From Selaginella moellendorffii (lineage: Eukaryota; Plantae; Lycopodiophyta): 64,000 nt of DNA. The position numbers and the translations under genes were made by a program. This document shows, in pieces, positions 37,129 to 49,182 of the stretch. The DNA is taken from NCBI RefSeq assembly GCF_000143415.4, contig NW_003314319.1, positions 134,115 through 198,114 of the forward strand, written 5' to 3'. Under the pieces are notes generated by a model. It was not told where the DNA came from and did no database searches. It worked only from the letters and a program-made list of their open reading frames with translations. Positions within the stretch are counted from its first letter, which is position 1, and each line of letters begins with the position of its first letter.

Positions 37129-37639
37129 AAGACGCAGGTTGTGTGCTTGGTTTTGATTTGTAGCGTTTGGTGCCTGGTACTAATCCTCGCTTCTCTCTTG
37201 TGAATCACAGGCGTTTTATGTTAGAGAGACGACGAGCACTACCACTACTGCTGCTACTAATAACAGACCGTGTAGAGGCTATTAAGATTTTGAGTGCCCG
37301 GATTATCCGAGCATTACATCGTCCGTCCAGGTTCTCTTTTTTAATTTTTTTCTTTTTGGTTTTTCTATTGCATTTCTCTCCTCTTTGTTTGAGAACAGGT
37401 GGTCGCCCTTGTAAAGCTCTCTTTTTGTCATCACGACTAAAATGCATTTTCTTTCTAGTTTTTGTTCTTTTGCTAGAAATCCCGACAGCAAACAAAAAGT
37501 CGAAAAAAGTCAAAAAAAAAAAAAGAGGAAAAATTTATGTGTTTATATTCCTAGAAGTGTTTGCTGTTTGTGTGAGGGAGAAAAGAGTGTGATGTGTCTG
37601 TGTGTGTGAGAGAGAGAGAGAGGGAGAGACAATGGTGGG

Positions 37640-37797
37640 GCACTCTTTCTCAGCTATGTGAATGATCTCAGGCCTGGGTTTGTGACGGAGCTCAATTCCA
37701 AGCTCGCCACCAGGTGGAGCGAGAGCTTCTTTAGTGACCTTACGGGAAAGAGCGTGGAGCAGCTGTGGAGTGATTATAAGTCGAAGTATCAACATAG
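37640..37797 (+). pseudogene. BSP/PR-17 C-terminal fragment, inverted relative to the neighbouring BSP gene
   Basis: Reads ALFLSYVNDLRPGFVTELNSKL...WSES..DLTGKSVEQLWSDYKSKY; preceded by a (GT)n(GA)n microsatellite. Confidence 0.85.
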
Positions 37798-37880
37798 GCA
37801 TTTGCTATAATGCTCGTTTGAAACTCATCTCTTAGTGTTTGGCATTGTAATGTTTATATCAGTCTGCAAACTTTTATTAA

Positions 37881-37950
37881 TGGAATCTGTGTTGTCATCA
37901 CCTCACAGCTGATCCACGCTCTTTCCAGTTGGATCCTGGAAGTAGCTCTC
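37881..37950 (-). pseudogene. second short BSP 3' fragment
   Basis: cacagctgatccacgctctttccagt.gatcctggaagta.ctctcg duplicates ~38086-38133. Confidence 0.8.
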
Positions 37951-38042
37951 GAAGTGCCTTGTCCCGGCATTTGCAACAACGCTAGTGTTCGAGCATGTTT
38001 TAAAATCTCAAAGCTTTTACTGTGGGCACCAGAATTACTTTC

Positions 38043-38724
38043 CTATACAACATCTTGTTTGTGGAACTTCTGTTTGTAATCATTCCACAGCTGATCCACG
38101 CTCTTCCCAGTCAGATCCTGGAAGTAACTCTCGCTCCAACCGTCGTAGAGCTTCTTGTTGAGCTCCGCCACGAAGCTAGGGTGGAGATCGTTGACGTAGT
38201 TTAGAAACAGCGCGGTCACGGCATACCCCTCGTCCCAGTGGTTCCCCAACCCCACAAACCCATTGCCTGATACCCCGAGCTTAGCCTTGAGCCTCATAAA
38301 GTCGGCAATCCCCTCGATCAGTCCCTGCGGCGGCCAGCTCCCCTCCTTGCCATGCCACTGCCAAATGTGAGCCATCTCGTGGTACAAGATGCCCGTGAGC
38401 TCACGAACCATATTCCCAGTCAAAGTAGCAACGTACTGTGCGCTGAGATGGATCTCCACACACCCCGGGCATGTCATCCACGGTGAAGTGGATGGCATCG
38501 ACCTCCTTCTTGGGCATGTCAGGGTTCCCATACTCGAAGCCAAGCTGGACGAAGGCCATGGCACCGTAGAGGATGGAGAGGGCTCCATTTACTCCCATGA
38601 TGGAGTCAAATCGCTGGCCTCCTGGGGATTCCGGGGTTGTGTTAGCGCCTGTGATGGAGGTTGCTTGCGTTACCTGGGACGTTGCTAGTCTAATTAGGAT
38701 GATAAGAAAGCAGAGGAATCCCAT
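38043..38724 (-). pseudogene. basic secretory protein (BSP/PR-17, HExxH peptidase-like) with a frameshift
   Basis: Signal peptide, PGGQRF, EIHLSA.Y, LYHEMAHIWQW, LIEGIADF.RL, WDEGY.VTA.FL; 14 bp (ccaatggcgtaggc) missing at ~38460 relative to the paralog at ~58747. Confidence 0.8.
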
Positions 38725-40895
38725 TCCTTTTCTTTCTTTTCTTTATTGTGAATACTTATTATAGATTAGAGAAATTATTCTGCAGAGCCAATTGTCAATA
38801 TTGTCTCATTGAGAAATTAGGATAGGCTGTTGTTTTCTACCTTTGTTTAAAGACGAGGTGTTTAAAGCTTGCTTAACTGAGTTGCAAAGAAAAGAAAACA
38901 AATAGAAACCAAAGAAAAGAGAAGAAAAATCTCAAAGGCTTAGTAATATATTGGTTCATTTTTAATCATAAATAGCAGAGCGATTTAAGATTTAAGCATC
39001 CCTTTATTGTCATAATCATAATTTATTTAATTGGAGGGGCTTTAGCTGTGTATCACATATGACTGATCATAAATATATTCCTATGACTATCTCAAATCTT
39101 GACTTAAATTTAAAATTAAACATTTCTTCTTTAATCTATTTGCTCAAAATTAAGTAATTTTTAAAATAACTTAATAGTGTTTAAATTTTAATTTCTAATT
39201 TTTAAATTTAATTATATTCACCTTTATAATTATATTTATAAAATATTTATATAAATACTTAACTTATTATAAAATATATATAAATCTTTATATGAATAAT
39301 AATTAAATTAAATTAAATTAAAATATAACATTATTATTTTTAGATGACACTATCACTGTTATTATATAACCTTAATTTATGTTAATATTCATTAACAAGA
39401 CTTATATGGTGATATTTGATAATGGCATAATTAATAATGCCCTTTAAGGTATGCTTCAGTTAGGCAAGGCGGAATACCCTTGCTAACGTATATAAAACTT
39501 TTGATATTCCAAAATGCATATTTTGAAATTGATTCTGGTTTAATTAGCACAAAACATCATAACCTTTAGAAAGATTGATTTCAATAACGAATTTGAGATT
39601 TCTTTTCTAATTTGTTATTATAATAATTCAACAAAAGAAAATGGTGTCTCTTTAAAATATTACAATTAGCACCATATTGCTATGTAAATTCGACTCAATT
39701 CTAGAGAAGTAATTTCAAACCCATAAAATGAATGTTGTAGCTTGTATACTAAATGTTTCTGATCATACACAATATAAACTTTTGGTTGTTGCATGTAAAT
39801 AGTTTTTGGTTTGTTTGTGGTAGTGGATATAACTAGAATATACTTGCATTTTCTGGGATATTCTACCATCAAACGGTTTTATTCATTAATCTCGTATTTA
39901 TAATTTTGACCCTTCTTATAGTTTATAGAATTCCTAGTATATTTTAGCTTATTCTAATATGTTCTCAAACTAATCTTGTATTTATAAATTATAAATTTTC
40001 CTAAACATGACTGGGATGGATTGATTCATTGCAGTAAATAATCATAACTATATATACTATTAAAAAGCTTGAGATTCCAGGTCTTTACCTCAGCATTACC
40101 CTCTTTTTCCCATAGAATTTGAAGGCTTCGCGTAGTCTCTGTAATGTATACAAACATAACACCACAACAAATCAAAGAAGTGAATGACAAAAAAGGTTAA
40201 ATCATACTTTTAAGCTATCTATAGTGATTTAATCTGGAAAAAGAGCTGGAATTGATATATTGTGCAGATAAAGTAATCATGTAAAAATGAGAATAGAAAA
40301 TATTATTTCTAACTTTTTGAATATTTATAAAGCATTAACACGAAACAATGTAATGTAACTTATCATTAAAAAATCATCATCCTCTAGAATCAAAATAAAT
40401 AAAATTTTAAATTTTAAATAATTTATAAATAAAATGCCTGTTTATGTCATAAAGAAAATTTAATAAGAGGAATAAGACATATTAGTTTAACATTTGATGA
40501 ACACGACCCTGCTGAGTTTTAAACAATTGGTTTATCTCTGTATAGTTTCTTCTTGCTGCTCTATCGCAAGCTCAAGAATACAGTTCGCGCCAGTGATCTG
40601 CCATACAATATGGTTCAAGTCTCTTATTTCTGAAAAAAAACTTATCATAAAGCTACTAATGGATCCTTTAGTTTGCACATGGGTAGCTTGGTTGTACTCT
40701 TTCCAAAAACTTTTCTTTATTTGCTCCTAGAGTATATGACTTGTTTGCATCGTGCTAACAGTTGGTGAAATATACGAATCCAATGCTAGAACCTAGACTT
40801 AAAGATGACCAGGTTCAGCCACAATAGTTCTAGAAGCCCTCTGGAAGATTGCTCGTCTTAGTGGTTGGAGAAGCGTCATGCTCGCTTCGCCAGGC

Positions 40896-40997
40896 GCGGA
40901 CGAAGACATGCTGCAGGGCTTTTGGACAATGCCTTCAAGATCACGTCAAACCCGCGGGCTGCAGTCCGTCCATCCCCGAGGAGTCCGCCTGCGGTTG
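40896..40997 (+). pseudogene. extremely deleted remnant of the adjacent germin-like gene
   Basis: Blocks gcggacgaagacatgctgcagg, ggacaat.cct.caagatca, gtcaaa.ccg, cgtccatccccgagga, gcctgcggttg match ~41799-42237 in order. Confidence 0.8.
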
Positions 40998-41732
40998 CAA
41001 AGTTGGTAGCAAATCTGCGAAACGAATGTAAGAGTTCTTCCCCCCTTGGTCCCAGTGGTCATATGCCTCCATATGGGCCGACATGTATTACTATTATAGT
41101 GTCAGCATGAAGAATTGTGTACGGTCCATTGTTGATGAAAAATGAACGAAGCTTGATGGGTCTATCGATCAAAGCACGTCATTTCTATCAAGGTAATTCA
41201 TATCAAATTTTCCAAACATGTGAGCCCGTCACATGTAGTTTGAGATCCAAACAAGGGTGAGTCTTGGGAGGCTCCGACTGTATCAAATGGTGCCCCTTTT
41301 CTCGGATGAAATTCTTATTCAAGTTATTGGCATTACAAAGAAAATCCATACGTCTCTGGCGAAAAGTCTCTGGAAAGAAGAAAACAGCAAATTAGTGCAC
41401 TGTCACCTCAAATTCGAAGTTTCACTGAGTCGACGAGTACCTACCATCAAAACCAAGGTAGTCATTCTTTACACAAAAAATACGACTCTGACGGCGTCAT
41501 GTCTGACGCAGACAAGAAAAAGTCCAAGACGACTGACTAGGCTGGAAGAACATCAGATTGTGGTACGCAGACAGCAAGAGAAAAAAATGAAATAGAAGGG
41601 AAGAGAAGTGTACCTGACTGAAACAACTCGTGCATGACTCACGACGAAGTCATCCAAAGCTCCCCTCCTCCGGCTATTAAATGCCGGCCCCTCCCCCCCA
41701 TAGCTCCATCACTTCTTTCCCAAGCTCGCAAG

Positions 41733-42398
41733 ATGGCTCATCTTCGTTTTGTTCTATCCTTCCTCCTAGCAATCAGCTCCATCTTGTTGGTGCATGCCGC
41801 GGATGAAGATATGCTGCAGGACTTTTGCGTTGCGGACAATACCTCCAAGATCAAGGTGAACGGCTTCGTCTGCAAGGCGGCCGACGATGTCAAAGCCGAG
41901 GACTTCAAGTCGAGCCTCCTGGCGACTCCTGGGAACACCGACAACAAGCTCGGCTCCAACGTCACGCTGGCGAGCGCCATCAATTTCCCCGGTCTCAACA
42001 CCTTTGGCGTCGCTTTTGCCCGCATCGACTACGCTCCCGGCGGCACCAATCCCCCCCACGTCCATCCCCGAGGAACCGAGCTGCTCTTCGTCCTGCACGG
42101 GACCCTCTACGTCGGATTCGTCACCACCTTGCCGGACAACAAGCTCTTCGCCCAAAAGCTCAATCCAGGGGATCTTTTCGTCTTCCCTCGGGGGCTCATC
42201 CACTTCCAGCTCAATGTGGGAGAGGAGCCTGCGGTTGGGCTCGCTGGCTTCAACAGCCAGAACCCCGGGGCGTCTCAGGTGGCCAAGGCGGTGTTTGCTT
42301 CCAATCCTCCAATCAACGACGATGTGATCGCCAAGGCGTTCCAGATTGATGACCGTGGTCTCATCCAGAAGCTGAGAGAGCTCATCGCCTTGACTTGA
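41733..42398 (+). CDS. germin-like protein (cupin), secreted, intronless
   Basis: Signal peptide; LQDFCVAD, NG..CK, GLNT.G, G.NPPHVHPRGTE, GD.FVFPRGLIHFQ; metal ligands H,H,E,H present. Confidence 0.96.
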   Translation: MAHLRFVLSFLLAISSILLVHAADEDMLQDFCVADNTSKIKVNGFVCKAADDVKAEDFKSSLLATPGNTDNKLGSNVTLASAINFPGLNTFGVAFARIDYAPGGTNPPHVHPRGTELLFVLHGTLYVGFVTTLPDNKLFAQKLNPGDLFVFPRGLIHFQLNVGEEPAVGLAGFNSQNPGASQVAKAVFASNPPINDDVIAKAFQIDDRGLIQKLRELIALT

Positions 42399-44152
42399 AA
42401 GTCTCTCCAAAGGTTGCGAGGTTGGAAGCCTTGCCTGTCATGAAAATTTAATAAATTCTTTTTCAAACCTTCCCTATCGATAGTGGAAGTTTTTGTAAGC
42501 ACAGTTGCATGGCAAAGAATTGAGTTGATTTTCAATAAAAAACAAATAACTAAACCTACTAGCATATGAAGGAATATGATTTGTTTAAATATATTTACTT
42601 TTAAGAATTTTTATATGATTTTTTCTGCTTATTAGGGATATATTAAATTTATTCTAGATTAATTAACATAAAATTTTATAGTCAAGTAAGTTATAAAATT
42701 TTATAAATTATTAATGTTCATCCCTTCATAAAAGTATTACCTTCACATAGTTCATTTAAATTTTTAAATAAATATATTTTAAAATAAATAATTTTTTTGA
42801 GTACTAAAATTATAACTAAAATTTATTTTATCATAAATATTATATATAAAATATTAAATACACATTGTTATTTTTATTACCTAGATTTAAGGACTCCTTA
42901 ATTGATGCAAAAACCATAAAATTTTAAATTTCCCAAATGTTCAATAATTTATTGCACTTCTATCAATTTTTTTTTTGCTTTAATTTATTAAAAATCTTGG
43001 GTAATAAAGAAAAAATAAAATTAAATAGAAAAATAAGAACAGAATGAGATCACAACTAAGAAATATGATTTACAAGAGTGGGAAAAGCACAAAATAAAGT
43101 ATTTGAAACACAAGACTATTATACTTTTCTTAAACACTAAAACAAACATCTTTTGCATTTGCATTTGGAAGAATATGCATCATTTTAAATTATCAACAGC
43201 TTTTTGAATTATCATTTAGTCTTTAAATATCCAGAAGTATGAAGAATAGGGTGTTTATCTTGACAGAAGCCTTAATAGAATAACTCAACGTACATCTTCA
43301 TGATGACAGTCAATCATACAATAGTCAGTTTCAAAGACAATATGCAATATTCAATTACTTGAAGAAATGTTATGAAAGGAGCACTTGGTTTTGGCTACAA
43401 AGAGGAAAGAAAAAAACGCTTTTGTACCAAAGTGAATGAGAAAAACTCATTGAGGTGATTGTTAATCATTTTCATTGCCTGCTACTTCACCTCTAGTGTT
43501 CTTACTATAAATTATGTGGTAAGTATCTTCATGAAGAGGCTAATAATAACAAAGGTAAGCATTTGCTTTCTACTCATTTTATACTTACTAACCTATTTAG
43601 AAAGTTTCAAGTGGCATGGCAATGGTCTAACTTGGAGTGATTCTTGTACATGTTATTACCACTTTTCTAGCTTTTCACAAAGGGCTTTGACTTTGAGGTA
43701 AGGTTCATAGCCACACTTGATATCTTGCAATAGAGCTAGTAGACCTTGTCATCAGAGCTCGTTAGCTTGCATAGCAAATCGATCAAGACGAAGTAGGCAG
43801 CATATCTAGAAAATAAATCAAGGAACAAGAAAAAAAATTGAGAGATTTTCTTATTCCTTATTTCTTCTTGGATAGACAAGTAGAAAGATCATTTTCTTCC
43901 AATTGAAACTTGGCATGCTGCCCAATCATTGACCACAAAACACATTCGGGGCCTTGAGCTCAAATTAGGGTTCTTTTGATCGAATTCAATTAAATCTATT
44001 AATTCAAAATAAATGGTATGAAATTGTTTTTTTATACTTAATATTAACTCTGCTTGCCGAAGTCTTTTTTCTAGCGAGTAGGTAATCGTGGTAACGAAAG
44101 CATATTTCATAAAATATTCGGGTATATAGAATATTCGGACATTTTAGGGTTT

Positions 44153-46369
44153 ATTGTCCTGGTAAGCGATGGATCGTTGTCTGGAGCTCAGTGGATCGAG
44201 ATGTCTTTCTTCTCCTGTATATTTCGCTGCAGAGGTCATCCAGTGGTGCCGCCGTCGACAGCAATCTGCTGGAGATTTGCGATTTGCAGCTTCTCCTCGA
44301 GTGCCCTCTCGATTTGTCCAGTCTTTCGCTCTTTCTCCCGACAGAGGAGGCGCTCTCGGAGAATGCGAGGCGCAAGAAGCCGAAGAAAGGGGACTCAAGC
44401 GAGCTGGTCGTCAAGGCTCCTTTCAGGAGAGCCGGCGACGGTGTGGTGATTGATGCCGAGCCATGGTACCAAAGTGCCGACTTGAGCGTTTTGGATGTGG
44501 CTCTGATCAATGCGGTGGTGATCTCGAGACCAGAATCCATGCTCGCTCTACCATTTCTCACTCGCAATCCAGATTTCACCGCAAAGGTTCGTCGTTCTGG
44601 TTTGGTTTCTTACAGTTCCTCCTTTCTTTCTTCTTCCCAGATCTTTGCAACGTATCCAACAGCAACTGTTGGGAAGCTTTTGATGCAGGAGCTTGTTTCT
44701 TCCCACCGCGACTTTCTAAAACTCTATGGAGCAAGCTCTCTTGAGAACCATCCGGAGTTCACGCAGTGTGAAGTTCCGGAGGCTCTCAAAGATTGTCTTC
44801 TCGGGGAGCACAACTCAGGCATCTTAAACTGGCACAAGCTTTACAGGTGACCACCTTTGCATTGGTTTTCTTTCCTCCCAGATTTAAAACGCTCTTTCTG
44901 TGCAGTGCAGAAGACGTGCTTGGCTGCATGGAAAGAATCCAAACTCTTCGTTATGGTGAAGAGGCCCCCATTGATGGGTGTGTGGTCTTGACACCTTATA
45001 GCTCCGGCCAAGGCATTGGTGCTTCGAACTGGGTGATTAAAGGACCTTGCTCGAGCGTGACATACGTTTCGTCTTGCGATGTAGCAGCGGCCGCAGCTAG
45101 TTGTGCGAGCCAGGATTTGACTTCTTTAGATGGAAGCCAAGTTCTCCTTGTTTCGGCCAAGCAGCCAACTTCTTCTGTGGAGAAACTCGAGATGGATACT
45201 GAAGCTGAACCCCGCAGTAGACTTACGACTCGGCCATGGGTAAATGCTCGTGTGGAATTCATCACTTCGCACAACGCCAAGCCACGGATGGCCAACAGCG
45301 TACTCAGTGAGAAACGGGAGCCTCAGCAGAGATCCTTGCTAGCGCAAGTCGCAAACGCTGCCGCAGATGCTTTAAGCAAAGGAGGCTCGGTGTTGATACC
45401 CACCAGTGTTTCAGACACAGTCCTCGCAAGAAGTTTCTTGTGCAAAAGTGTAAGCATATCTTGGTTTTGTTTCAGTTTGTTTTGACGAGCGTGTGACAGC
45501 TCGGGAAAGATTTTCTACGTATCGCCGAGTGCTCAGGAATTCCTGGCTTTTACTAACACTGTTCCGGAGTGGCTCTCATCGTCACGGCAAGAGAAGGTAT
45601 TGATGCTTCTTACGGTGAACTCTCATCTATTCATCTCCTTCAGCTATATAACGGGGAGTCATTGTTTGGACACGTCGAGCTTCTAAAGGAGGGAAAGCTC
45701 TCTCACTTTCCAAGCCTGTCGCCAGAAGTTGTGTAAGTCTTTCGTTGTGTTCGTCTTTACAGGTCTTTACAGGTCACGAGGAGCTTTGTCCTCCTTGATA
45801 GATCGCTTGCAACCCAAATTTGCAGTGGTGAGTAGATTAGATTGATGACATTGTTCCTTCTTTTACATTCTTTGCTCCAGGTGCCAGAACGCTTGAAGTC
45901 CGTAGTGACGTCGGATTGTGCGCACAGAGCTCCACTAAAGATCCCGAGCTTGGAAGAAGAGCTCAACATGGAACTATCAGCGGACTTAGCCAGCCGGATC
46001 AAGCCCAAGCAAACTCGAAGCGGAAACAATGTAGCCTTGGCTCGGCTCTCTGCAGAGATGCACTTCCACGACGGGAACTTCTACCTGGAAATGCCGAGAG
46101 TGTCGAGAATGATACAAACGCCCCAAAGATTCTGTGGCACACCCGATGTGGACGCTCTGTTGAGAGCTCTGAGGGAGAAAGGCCTGGTGGACATCCAGCA
46201 GAGCTTTGCGGAGCAACCCGATGGATCCAAAGTTCCTGTCATATCCGTGACCTTCCAAACTAGTGCTTCTATTGAGCTCAATGGCAGTGAAACCATTATC
46301 AAGACAAGCGATCCGGTGCTCCGGCGTCTCGTCGCAGATGCGGTGATAAGCTGCCTGCAAATCATATAA
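44153..46369 (+). pseudogene. INTS9: Integrator complex subunit 9 homolog (beta-CASP), apparently disrupted
   Basis: ECPLDLS, IDAEPWY, LALPFLT, IFAT..T..VG.L.MQEL, LRYGEE, SSG.GIGASNW.I, GGSVLIP, AFTNTVPEWL...RQEK, LFGHVEL, LQPK..VPE. Lesions are listed in the findings. Confidence 0.7.
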
Positions 46370-47599
46370 TTACTTGTTCTCCCACCAACAAAGCTCACAT
46401 TCAACTTAAATGTTATATTCCAAATAGGGAGCTAGAAGTGATAACAATGTATCAGCCCTGCTCCAAATCTTCAAGCTTTAAGCTCGACGCTCCCTCAAAA
46501 CCACGCTCTCCAAACTCTTCCACCCAATGTGTGAAATTGACATAGTTGCCCACTTTGTTAGTTTTGGTATCCATACCATCTACTAGTCTTGAAAACACCC
46601 TGTTCATCAAAACTCACGGCTTTGAATTCTATGCCATTTATCATCCTGGAGCAATTCGAGTCTGCGCTGCGGTTGTAGGTTTGCAACTCTCAGCTGTTGC
46701 GCGCCCACCACATTGCATTCCCATGTTCACGGCAGTTAAATAAGAATTTCAAAAGCTCACCTAAAGACCTCAACGTCAGAGCATGTAATAGAGGCTTTGA
46801 GGATCAGCAGAGCAAGAGTGATCAATTGTAGCAGGCTCTGCTTTCTCACCTCACCACTCATTGAAATGGCAGATCCCACAAAAATTTTGCGGTATTGATG
46901 TTGAATCGATTCGAAAGCTCGGAAGAGCCCGAACTATAAAAATAATATCAAACGAAGAAAGTTGATCACATCCTCCATTTTAAATTTCACTTACTCTACA
47001 AATCTTTCCATATTCCTGAGATTTCTTCTCATGCGTTGTCTTTACACTCTACTAAAGAAAAATGAATGAGATTGTACCAGACAAACTCATAAATGATCAA
47101 ACAAGTGATTGTGGCACAGTGGCGCAGTTACAGTTCGTGTAGGGGATTTTGAGATCTTGAGAATCTCAGAACTGGAAAATAAAAGTGGGAAATAATGGGG
47201 AGCAAGGGTTAGGCTGAGCCTCACTCAAGGATTCTGTGTTTACCAGCATTTCTTGGAATGTGCTTTAGAGTAGGGAGTGTTTTGTTATTTGTGAGCATCT
47301 TGAGTTGAAATACATTCATATTTGTTCTGTGTGGGTTCTGTGTTTTTATTAATGTCCCGAGTACCTCAAAGTGAGTGTGTTTGGAGGTCCCATGTAGTGC
47401 ATTGCAAGGCTAGGTCATGCACACACACTTGTTTTGTGTTGTGAGGGCAAATAAAGAATGACCAAGCTGTATCAGCATGAGATTGAGAAGCATTGCCAAA
47501 TTAGCATGTTAAATATTATGTGCCACATAATTTGAACGATGATTTTGATAGTGTGCTTGCTTGGTATTACTAGCTTTAAGAGTGCAATTTTTTTTTGCT

Positions 47600-48900
47600 C
47601 CTAATATTATTACAAGATCTTCTTGAAGAATTGAATGCATGAAAATGGCATTTGGTGGATCTAATTTAGGATTTGGTAAGTCTTTTGCAATGCCCAAGAA
47701 GTGGAGTGTGCTTAAGGAAAACACCAATAATAGCAGCCAATGCCAAAGGGAAAAGATGCACAAAAGGGTGGTGGTATATTTGGGCCTTTTTATATCTCTA
47801 GGAAACTACAGGTGGAGATTGAGAAAGAGTGGGATTTCACAATTGACTAAAATCCCTCACATTGGTAAAGGTTGGGGACCATGGATAAGGAGCAAAATTC
47901 ACTACCACTATAGATTGAGAGCACACATTTATGGAGTGAGTGGCATGAATATGAGTTGCACATAATTAAATTCTTGTTCCATTAATCCTTCCTTTTGTCA
48001 CCACCCAAATTTTGGGCTTTATAGTTTTTTAGAGGTTAAATATGAAAAACCACATTTGGTTATGTTTTAGAGTTTTGAGCTAGCAAATCAAACCCAAGAT
48101 CAAAAAAAGGGGAAGGAGCAAATTTTCCCTAAGCAACATAAAGATCTAATGGCAACTAATTTTTTTATCTTCCCACTAAGGGAAACCTCCTTTTAGAAGT
48201 GAATGTGGAGGATTTTTGCCATTCTTTGGAGGAGCATGAGGTTAACAACCTTCAACATGGCCAAGATTCTTTTCAACCATAGTATTGAATCTTGATGGAA
48301 TAGTTTTTTTTATGCAAAATCTATAATATTAGTGGAAGTTTAGTTAAAATCTTTGCAATCACCAAAAGTGATCGGCAAATTCAAGAAGTGAAAAAGAGCA
48401 AGATGGCTACCATCCAAAATTGATGCATGGTGGTTTTAGAATTGTTAGAAGTATTGCATGACCCAATTGTAAGTTATAAATTCTTCTTTTCTAATTTGCC
48501 AGTTTATTTTGTATATTCGACCACCATTACTTTAAGTTCTCTTATCAAGATTTTTATCTAGTCCTATTTGGTCTTATTTGGTTTCAATTACTCACTACAT
48601 GAGCAATAAAATATTTTTATTCATCCATAAATTCTCAAATTCTCTCCTAATCCCCCTCCTCAAGTAATATCCCTTCATACAACAAAACTTCATTATAAGA
48701 CCCTCTAAATCCCAAATTTTGAGTGCATCTTTTATTTTAGGACTGAGGGGAAACACTATGATCTAACAACTTAGTATAGGCACCTTTATTCCCCCACTAA
48801 AGAAAGCTTAAACTCCTAAGAAAGAGTGAAGATCAATGAACCTCATGGTATTCTAGTGAGGCACCACTTCACATGAGTCGAAAGCACTATAGTTGATTTC
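47600..48900 (+). mobile_element. possible very degenerate Ty3/gypsy integrase-region remnant
   Basis: Scattered frame fragments MAKILFNH..IVLNLDGI (~AKLFF..IV.LHG), SDRQIQEVKKS (~SDGQTE.VNR), IGTF (~IGPF), LHMSRKHY (~FHVS.LK.Y) occur in the expected order; weak. Confidence 0.3.
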
Positions 48901-49182
48901 CCTTTCAAGAATGAAAATTGTTTTTGAGCACTTCTTTGAGTGGCTTCTCTAACATTACTCAAATCTATGTTCAAGTCCCACTCAAAACCTTTCACCACTA
49001 GTCCCAACCTTAAGTCAATTTAAAAACACCATTAGAGAGTTCTTTCAAGACTAATTTCTGGAACTCATTATCCCTATTATACTTTTGGAACCTTTTACTT
49101 TTGCACATCTCATTATCACACTTGAGAAATAAAGATAAAGAAAATGTCAATTGGACTCTTTCAGTCCAAGGAGCATACATAC

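Noticed and set aside
39460-39487. Small hairpin gcaagg..ccttgc as a Helitron 3' end
   Set aside because: No CTRR terminus at the expected distance.
46440-46800. Coding-like minus-strand stretch downstream of INTS9
   Set aside because: Interrupted by stops and no family recognised; not supportable as a feature.
47111-47140. tggcacagtgg resembles a Pol III A-box (tRNA/SINE)
   Set aside because: No correctly spaced B-box or cloverleaf.
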